Positions 33,909 through 40,962 of a stretch of DNA of 64,000 nucleotides are shown one piece after another; position 1 is the stretch's first letter; each line of letters begins with the position of its first letter. The notes below the pieces were generated by a model. It worked only from the letters and a program-made list of their open reading frames with translations. It searched no databases and was not told the origin of the DNA. The DNA is from an uncultured Candidatus Saccharibacteria bacterium (GTDB lineage Bacteria; Patescibacteriota; Minisyncoccia; Minisyncoccales; JANBVM01): assembly GCA_964514375.1 (NCBI GenBank), contig CAZEQH010000004.1, forward strand, positions 191 to 64,190. The letters run 5' to 3'. Position numbers and translations under genes: made by a program.

Positions 33909-35540
33909 ATGAAATCAGAATATTTAATTCTAAAGGATTTATCCAACCACCAAAAAGAGGCTCGCAGCAACCTCCATGCCTTTAAGAGAAAAATGGCTAA
34001 AAAGTACCAGATTCCTTTTCCCAGCAACTTCCAGCTGTTAAGAGCTTATCATAATATTAGGAAAGAGAAAAGAATCAAGAAAATAGAAGGCATAAACCGC
34101 CTGCTTAGAACGCGGCCTGTACGCTCGCTTTCCGGTATTGTTAATGTCTCTGTACTGACCAAACCCTATCCTTGTCCCGGCAAATGCATCTTCTGTCCCC
34201 AAGAAGAGGGAATACCTAAGAGCTATCTCTCCGGAGAGCCCGCAGTAGAAAGGGCGAAAGAATTGGACTATCAGCCCTATAAACAGACCAGGAAAAGGCT
34301 GGAAACGCTGAAGGACCAGGGGCATCCGGGTGATAAAATAGGACTCAGAATAATCGGAGGGACGTGGTCTTTCTATCCTAAACGATATCAAAGCTGGTTT
34401 ATGAAGCAGTGTTTTGACGGCTGTAACGGCAAGATAAGCAAAACCTTGAGGGCGGCGCAAAGATTTAATGAAAGTTCCCGCCGCCGAATCGTTGAATTGT
34501 CTGTTGAAACCAGACCGGATTTCATCGATGAGAAGGAAGCGAAAAGAATGAGAAAACTCGGCGTTACCAAAGTAGAAATGGGGGCTCAAAGCCTTTCCGA
34601 CCGCGTTTTAACACTAAACCAAAGGGGGCATAATGTCAAAGCCCTTATAGACGCCACCAGGCTGCTGAAGGACGCGGGTTTTAAGGTCTCCTATCAGATG
34701 ATGCTGAACCTGCCCGGCTCGACCCCCGCGGAAGACATTAAAACTTTTGAAAGGTTATTTGACAATGCTTCTTTCAGGCCGGACTCCTTAAAGATTTATC
34801 CCTGCGCCCTGCTCAAGGAATCCCGTCTTTTTCAATGGTATTTGAAGGGAAGATATAAACCCTATACGGAAAAAACTCTGATTAACGTTATAAAATCAAT
34901 AAAAACTAAGATTCCTTATTACGTCAGGATAGAAAGGGTAATCCGGGATATACCCGCTCCCAGGATAGCGGCAGGTCCGGCTAAAGTATCGAATTTAAGA
35001 CAACTAGTTGAAGAAGAAATGAAGAAGGAAAAAAAAGACTGCAGATGCATCAGGTGCCGTGAGATAAAGAACAGGTACTGCCTCTCAGAAAAAGCTGAGT
35101 TGCATCGGCATGATTACCAGGCCTCATTGGGCAGGGAAATATTTTTGAGTTTTGAAGACAGGAAAAGAAGAAAACTTTACAGCCTCTTAAGGATGAGAAT
35201 CCCTTCATGGGTTTCCTCTAATCTGGAAAGTGAATCCCGACAAGCCCGCGGCCACAAGGGAAAATTATTCCTTCCTGTTTTAAAAAACTCGGCCCTCATA
35301 AGAGAAATCCATACTTATGGCCAAATGGTTCCCATAGATAAAAAAAGAACTGCTCCCCAGCACAAAGGATTAGGTCAGAAGCTGCTGAAAGCTGCTGAAA
35401 GAGTAGCAAGGGAAGAATTCGGTCTGCCCAGGATAGCTGTCATCTCGGGTGTCGGAGCCCGCAACTATTATCGAAAGAACGGATACCGCTTAAGTTCCAC
35501 CTATATGGTAAAAAACCTCTGTGAAAGAGGTTCTCTATAA
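33909..35540 (+). CDS. elp3: Elp3-type radical SAM / GNAT acetyltransferase (tRNA U34 carboxymethylation enzyme homologue)
   Basis: RTRPVRSLSGIVNVSVLTKPYPCPGKCIFCP (Elp3 radical-SAM cluster site), EMGAQSLSD, and a C-terminal GNAT segment QHKGLGQKLLKAAERVAREEFG. The ATG at 33909 is preferred over the track's TTG at 33903. Confidence 0.8.
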   Translation: MKSEYLILKDLSNHQKEARSNLHAFKRKMAKKYQIPFPSNFQLLRAYHNIRKEKRIKKIEGINRLLRTRPVRSLSGIVNVSVLTKPYPCPGKCIFCPQEEGIPKSYLSGEPAVERAKELDYQPYKQTRKRLETLKDQGHPGDKIGLRIIGGTWSFYPKRYQSWFMKQCFDGCNGKISKTLRAAQRFNESSRRRIVELSVETRPDFIDEKEAKRMRKLGVTKVEMGAQSLSDRVLTLNQRGHNVKALIDATRLLKDAGFKVSYQMMLNLPGSTPAEDIKTFERLFDNASFRPDSLKIYPCALLKESRLFQWYLKGRYKPYTEKTLINVIKSIKTKIPYYVRIERVIRDIPAPRIAAGPAKVSNLRQLVEEEMKKEKKDCRCIRCREIKNRYCLSEKAELHRHDYQASLGREIFLSFEDRKRRKLYSLLRMRIPSWVSSNLESESRQARGHKGKLFLPVLKNSALIREIHTYGQMVPIDKKRTAPQHKGLGQKLLKAAERVAREEFGLPRIAVISGVGARNYYRKNGYRLSSTYMVKNLCERGSL

Positions 35541-35563
35541 GTTTCTCCTTGGAAAGAGGATAT

Positions 35564-36457
35564 TTAAATAACGAATTTGACCGCCAGGTACCCCAGAATG
35601 GAGAAAAAAGCAATGGGCGGCAGGGCAGGAATAGGATTCCTTCTTTTCTGGAAAGCAAAAAAATAAAAGCTGGCCAAAAGCCCCATCACCGAAAACAGGG
35701 CCACGATAAGGGTTTTAGTAATGCCGAATGAAGGAACCAGAGAACAGCACAGGAATAACGGAAAAACTATGTCACCACCTCCTAAAATAAGGAATTTTCC
35801 CCCGGGCTTTAATTCTTCCAGGCGCTCCTGGAAACCCAAGATACTTCGGGGTATTATCAACCCTAGAATCGCCCTGCTTTCTATCATTTGTTTGGCCATT
35901 TCCACCATGTGTTTGGTTTTATAGACCGCCACAACATCGTATACAGAGAAAACTATCAAGAGGGCTACTACTATTTCCGGCTTAAATGCCAGTCCTAAAA
36001 AACTCCCGGCTCCGGAAATCCCCAGTACGATACAGAGATCCTGGATAAAAACAGAGGGCCACAGCCACCACCAGGCTAAAAAAATTGTCATCAGGAAAAG
36101 TGCCGGCAGATAAGGAAACCAAACGCTCATCATAGAAATGCCCCCTAAAAAAACAGCTGCCACAAAAATCAGCTTAAAAATCAATCCCTTCTGTTTTCTA
36201 AACTTCACTAGTTGAATAATCAGAAGAACAAAAAGCGTAGTCAAAAGAAACTGGAGAATGAAATGCCAAAATGATATTTCAGGAATAGCCATATTTTGCT
36301 CCTTGAGAGTGGCGCTGATTTCAAGAGCGGTAAAAATACCCAGCAGTAAAGTGAGAGAAAAGAGGAATACTTCAATAATGAGAATTTTCCAAAAAGGTTT
36401 TAGAAAAGAAAGCTCTTCATCAACCTCCAGCTGGCGATTATTTGTCTCTTCTGCCAT
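35564..36457 (-). CDS. Presenilin/signal-peptide-peptidase-like GxGD intramembrane aspartyl protease (peptidase A22 family-like)
   Basis: Polytopic membrane protein with the three family signatures in canonical order: FSVYDVVAVY (YD), FLILGGGDIVFP (GxGD) and NPIPALPPIAF (PAL). Confidence 0.65.
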   Translation of the reverse strand: MAEETNNRQLEVDEELSFLKPFWKILIIEVFLFSLTLLLGIFTALEISATLKEQNMAIPEISFWHFILQFLLTTLFVLLIIQLVKFRKQKGLIFKLIFVAAVFLGGISMMSVWFPYLPALFLMTIFLAWWWLWPSVFIQDLCIVLGISGAGSFLGLAFKPEIVVALLIVFSVYDVVAVYKTKHMVEMAKQMIESRAILGLIIPRSILGFQERLEELKPGGKFLILGGGDIVFPLFLCCSLVPSFGITKTLIVALFSVMGLLASFYFFAFQKRRNPIPALPPIAFFSILGYLAVKFVI

Positions 36458-36566
36458 AATCTATCGTCCATTCCATTTTTAGGAAGGAAGACTGATAATC
36501 TTATATCTTCTGCGATTACTTCTGTAAAATGGGTAATTATCTACCGCTTTCCTGTGAAAAATATCT

Positions 36567-37547
36567 CTATTTTCTTGACACCCTTATCAGTCCGGAACAC
36601 GGAACAATCGCAATATTCCTTTTTTCCAATTCATCCAGGAAAAGATTTACCCCTAGGGAGTCTGAACTCATATGGCCGGCTATCACCACGTTGATATTGG
36701 CCGTTTCTGCCTCCTTCTTGTGCTCTTCCGAGATATGCATTCCTACAACGGTGCCGATGCCGGCGATGGCCATTTTTTCGTATAATTTCGGAGAACCCTC
36801 CGTGCCTCCTGTTATTTCAGTGATGGCTATTTTACCGCATCTGTTGTCTTTTTTTCCTACAAAAATCTTGGGTCCTGCTCCAAGCTCAGCAGCTCTTTGG
36901 TATTCCGGAATTTCTTCTAAAAGGCGGATGAGGTCGCTGAGTCTCATTAAGCCGTCTTTTTTGTCAATTTTCCTCTTCAGAAAATTAGCGGCCAGATTAT
37001 CACAGACTGTATGGAGGCACATTAGATTGAATCCGAGAAGCCTGGCTGCATCAACGGCCCTCTGATGGTTAAGTTTGTTCACCCCGCGAGCTACTTCTGA
37101 TATCCTTTCCCGCATCAATCCCTCAGCCACGTTGATAGGCACGCCGTACTGGTGAAGCACGTCGCACTGCAGTTCCATTACCTCGTGAAGACTGGCTAAA
37201 GCCTTCCCTAAAGGGTGGTGGGAGATAATAAGGTCTATCCCGCCAAGCTCCTTAGCTAAAATGATTTCAGCTGTATCTATGTCTATACCCGTCAAAACCT
37301 TCTTGATTTCCTTATTCTCGGTAATATTCAAAATCCTGGAATCCAGGTAAGGATTTTCAAGCGCTTCTTTATCGAAGTGCCTTTTCTGATATTCAGACAT
37401 TTTTTCAAAAGCTTCTTTCTTCCTATCTAAAATTATCTTTACGCTCTCGCGCCCCCTGAAATCGTTATCTATGGCCTTATCAATTGCCAGCCTGTATATC
37501 TCTTTTACTCTCATATGTCTTAAGGAGTTTCTTATATAATCCCTCAA
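36567..37547 (-). CDS. NIF3 (DUF34)-family dinuclear-metal-centre-like protein
   Basis: GIDLIISHHPLGKAL and a C-terminal VVIAGHMSSDSLG resemble NIF3-family metal-ligand motifs. The N-terminal region is atypical. Confidence 0.45.
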   Translation of the reverse strand: MRDYIRNSLRHMRVKEIYRLAIDKAIDNDFRGRESVKIILDRKKEAFEKMSEYQKRHFDKEALENPYLDSRILNITENKEIKKVLTGIDIDTAEIILAKELGGIDLIISHHPLGKALASLHEVMELQCDVLHQYGVPINVAEGLMRERISEVARGVNKLNHQRAVDAARLLGFNLMCLHTVCDNLAANFLKRKIDKKDGLMRLSDLIRLLEEIPEYQRAAELGAGPKIFVGKKDNRCGKIAITEITGGTEGSPKLYEKMAIAGIGTVVGMHISEEHKKEAETANINVVIAGHMSSDSLGVNLFLDELEKRNIAIVPCSGLIRVSRK

Positions 37548-37714
37548 TTATTTTATTTTGTTCTTCTTTATTAAAAACCTCCCGCCTGATGCGCGCTTTC
37601 TCCAGGCGGATGTGTTTTCTTAAACTTCTGTTAAAGTTTTTTCCCTTCATAAAATAAAAAATAGGGGTTTGGCGTCGGAGCGTCAGTGTCTTCCATGCTA
37701 AGGTTCATCTTAAA

Positions 37715-39181
37715 TCACTCTCCCTTAATCACCGCTAAGGGTTTTAAAATTGCGACTTTTTTAGAAAGACCGGCTTTACTCACCACCTCTATCACTTCGT
37801 CTATGTCTTTATAAGCAAGAGGAGCTTCCTCGGATATACCTCTCAAGCTGTGACATTTTATAATTACCCCCTTTTGTTCTAACCTTTTTATTACTTCTTG
37901 TCCAGAAATCCGTCTCTGGGCTTCTCTCCGCGACATGGTCCTGCCGGCGCCATGGCAGGTTGACCAAAAGCTTTCTGCCCCCTCCTTGATACCGGCCATC
38001 ACATAAGATGCAGTGCCCATGGAACCCGGAATCAGAACCGGCTGGCCTACCGCGCGATATTGTTCAGGAATCTCTGGGCGGCCGGGAGGAAAAGACCTGG
38101 TAGCTCCTTTTCTATGAACACATAACTCCTCCTTCACCCCGCTTATCTCGTGCCCCTCTATCTTGGCAATATTGTGAGAAACATCATAAAGCATTCTGAG
38201 ATGTGCTTTCTCTCCCAGGACAGATGCCCAGGCCTTCCTGATATAATAAGCTATCATCTGTCTGTTGGCCCAGGCATAGTTTGCCCCGCAGGCCATAGCA
38301 GAAAAATATCTCTTCCCCTCCAGAGAATCTAAAGGACAGCAAGCCAGCTCCCGATCTGGTAAAATGATGCGGTATTTAGCCATAACATCCATCATTGTCT
38401 TAATATAGTCTGTGGCAATTTGGTGTCCTAAACCCCGGGAACCGGTATGTATCATTACTACTACTTGACCTTCGAAAATACCGAAGGCGGATGCTGTTAC
38501 CTCATCAAAAATCTTTTCCACCTTTTGAATCTCGCAAAAATGATTTCCGGACCCCAGAGTACCCACCTGGTCCCTTCCCCTGTTCTTAGCCCTGGCGGAA
38601 ACGGCGGACGAATCCGCCGCGTGCCCAAATTCCCCCTCTTCTTCACAGTTGCTGATATCTTCATCGTTCCCAAAACCCTGTTTCACTAAATAAGCAGATC
38701 CCCCTTCCAATACTCTGTCTATGAAGTTTATGTCAAGCTTCTTCCGTCTTCCCTTCCCCAGACCCGAGGGTACTTCCGTCTGAATCATGGAGGCTAAAGC
38801 ATCCAAATATTTTCCCAATTCCCCTGCAGTATATTCTGACTTCAGCAGCCGCATCCCGCAATTTATATCATATCCCACACCTCCCGGAGATATCACCCCT
38901 TCGCTTACCCTCACTGCAGCCACGCCCCCTATGGGAAAGCCATAGCCTTCATGCATGTCCGGCATAGCTAAACTGTATCTTGCGATACCCGGCAGAGAAG
39001 CAACATTCACTAATTGATTCAGTGACCTGTCACGGAAAATCTCACCCATCATTCTGCCTCCAGTGTATATTCTCGCCGGCACTCTCATATCAGCCCTAAA
39101 ACTCTTTGGAATTTCCCAAACCCAGTCGGATATTTTATGCAGGGTTTCCCTTGAAATCATTTTTTTTGTTTTATATTGCAT
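37715..39181 (-). CDS. rtcB: RNA-splicing ligase RtcB (3'-phosphate/5'-hydroxyl RNA ligase)
   Basis: PDMHEGYGFPIGGVAA, GVGYDINCGMR, HTGSRGLGHQIATDY, SHNIAKIE, CHGAGR: the full set of RtcB metal- and GMP-binding motifs. Confidence 0.9.
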   Translation of the reverse strand: MQYKTKKMISRETLHKISDWVWEIPKSFRADMRVPARIYTGGRMMGEIFRDRSLNQLVNVASLPGIARYSLAMPDMHEGYGFPIGGVAAVRVSEGVISPGGVGYDINCGMRLLKSEYTAGELGKYLDALASMIQTEVPSGLGKGRRKKLDINFIDRVLEGGSAYLVKQGFGNDEDISNCEEEGEFGHAADSSAVSARAKNRGRDQVGTLGSGNHFCEIQKVEKIFDEVTASAFGIFEGQVVVMIHTGSRGLGHQIATDYIKTMMDVMAKYRIILPDRELACCPLDSLEGKRYFSAMACGANYAWANRQMIAYYIRKAWASVLGEKAHLRMLYDVSHNIAKIEGHEISGVKEELCVHRKGATRSFPPGRPEIPEQYRAVGQPVLIPGSMGTASYVMAGIKEGAESFWSTCHGAGRTMSRREAQRRISGQEVIKRLEQKGVIIKCHSLRGISEEAPLAYKDIDEVIEVVSKAGLSKKVAILKPLAVIKGE

Positions 39182-39591
39182 CAGATATCAAACAATACAA
39201 CAGCTTCCCAGAGCCCCTCTCCTTTTTTCCTTACGTTCAAACCGTGGTAAGTGGCAGCTTTAATGTCCCTGCCAAACCGCGCCGCTTTCCTGCCCTTCAG
39301 CTCTCCCTCGATTAATTCAGCGGAAAACTTTCTGAAATCAATACCATTATAAACTTCTTTTTTGACGGAACTAAGATAGAGGCACTCGTTGAGAAAATCT
39401 ACTAATAAGGCCTTTGAGTCTGGTCCCTTCACCTTTATTTTTCTCTTTACTCTCTGTTTGTCGGCGCTGATTTCGGCTTGCTGGGAATCCTCCATTCCAC
39501 GCATCATATTTAGAAAAAGCTCTTTTCTGGTTCTGCCGAAAGATTTTATTTTTAAATCTGCTTTGTGATCCAAAATAACGTATTTATCCAT
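39181..39591 (-). CDS. Archease (RtcB activator)
   Basis: ILDHKADLKIKSFGRTRKELFLNMMRGM (HTAD-like N-terminus) and C-terminal IKAATYHGLNV...WEAVVLFDI. Its stop overlaps the rtcB ATG (TGATG). Confidence 0.75.
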   Translation of the reverse strand: MDKYVILDHKADLKIKSFGRTRKELFLNMMRGMEDSQQAEISADKQRVKRKIKVKGPDSKALLVDFLNECLYLSSVKKEVYNGIDFRKFSAELIEGELKGRKAARFGRDIKAATYHGLNVRKKGEGLWEAVVLFDI

Positions 39592-40864
39592 AGGATTGGC
39601 CGTGATTCCTCTTCGAGAATTCCTCCCTTACTACTTCTCTGTCATCCCATGGCACCTTTCTGCCCTTTTCCATAATACAGGGCTCAGAACCCTTGCCTGT
39701 AATTATTACTGCGTCTCCGGGAACGGCCTTTATGAGGGCTTCCCTGATGGCCTTCCTTCTATCTAATATTTTTTCGGCTTTGGCGCCTGTCCCTTCCATA
39801 ACCTGGTCAATAATCTTTTCCGGGTTTTCGTCATAAGGGTCTTCATTAGTAACTATAATCAAGTCACAATGTTGGCGTGCTATCTTACCCAGCACCGGCC
39901 TTTTCCATTTATCTCTGCCTCCGCCGGCAGCTCCGATTACACATATCATCTTGCCGGGACGGAAATTGCTTCTTACTTCCCCGTACACTTTTTCCAGCGC
40001 ATTAGGGGTAAAAGCGTAATCCACCACCACCTTAAAGGGCTCTTTAATTACCAGTTCCATTCTTCCCGGAACCTCCGATAATTCCACCAAGGCCGTCCGG
40101 CATTTTTCCAGGCTGACACCCTGAGAAAGGCCGACACAAATGGCCGCCAGGGCGTTAGATATATTAAATCTGCCCAATACGGGAACATTAAACAAGGTAT
40201 CGCTTATCTCGAAAGTTATTCCCTCCGCTGAGGATGCGGGATTTTCTGCTTTTATTATGGTCAGATTTTTCTGGCCAAAAACTTCTTTTTCAAAACCGTA
40301 CCCGTATTTCTTTTCCGCAGGAAAGCTCAGGAAATAATCCGTGTTTTTATCATCGAGGTTAAGGACGTGAATGCCCTTTGTCGCTTCGAAAAGTTTACCC
40401 TTGGCCCTTTTGTAATTTTCGAAAGAACCGTGGGATTCTATGTGTTCTGGAGAAAGATTTGTAAAGACCGCGATCTTAAAGTCTATGAATTTATGGCGGT
40501 ACTGTTTTATGCCCTCGGAGGTAACCTCCAAAATAGCATACCGGCATCCCTTGTCCGCAGCCCGCTTTAAAAAACCCTGAAGAGCAAAACGTCCCGGCAT
40601 AGTCATCCTGAGAACATTAGGCTTATCCTCCTTGCCTACTTTAATATTTATGGAAGAAAAGGAAGCTGCGGAAAGTTCTTCCTCCTCCAATATCCGGGAT
40701 ATCATTTTCACAACGGTCGACTTTCCATTGGTGCCGGTAACGCCTATCACCTCTAAACGCCTTGAGGGAAATCCATAAACCGCAGCGCCTAAAAAAGCTA
40801 ATACAAAATGATACCATCCGACTACAAAGGAAGGGATTATTTTTTTAATTATTTTTTTAAGCAT
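39584..40864 (-). CDS. Mur ligase family protein (MurE-like) with an N-terminal hydrophobic helix
   Basis: VIGVTGTNGKSTVV (P-loop), AILEVTSEG, AVFTNLSPEHIESHGSFENYKRAKGKLF, VVDYAFTPNALEKV, GAAGGGRDKWKRP. The MurE DNPR specificity motif is replaced by NEDPYDE. The gene is not in a dcw-like context. Confidence 0.55.
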   Translation of the reverse strand: MLKKIIKKIIPSFVVGWYHFVLAFLGAAVYGFPSRRLEVIGVTGTNGKSTVVKMISRILEEEELSAASFSSINIKVGKEDKPNVLRMTMPGRFALQGFLKRAADKGCRYAILEVTSEGIKQYRHKFIDFKIAVFTNLSPEHIESHGSFENYKRAKGKLFEATKGIHVLNLDDKNTDYFLSFPAEKKYGYGFEKEVFGQKNLTIIKAENPASSAEGITFEISDTLFNVPVLGRFNISNALAAICVGLSQGVSLEKCRTALVELSEVPGRMELVIKEPFKVVVDYAFTPNALEKVYGEVRSNFRPGKMICVIGAAGGGRDKWKRPVLGKIARQHCDLIIVTNEDPYDENPEKIIDQVMEGTGAKAEKILDRRKAIREALIKAVPGDAVIITGKGSEPCIMEKGRKVPWDDREVVREEFSKRNHGQSYG

Positions 40865-40962
40865 AAGCCCTAAAGGAATTTCTTTTTCCTTTTTTTAATT
40901 ATATCACACAATCTCCAACATTCTTGAAAAAAGCATACTATTAAGATAAACATAAAGCAGAT

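Noticed and set aside
36529-37065. A 178-aa plus-strand ORF
   Set aside because: It is antisense to the NIF3-like gene and has a hydrophobic, Ser-rich shadow composition.
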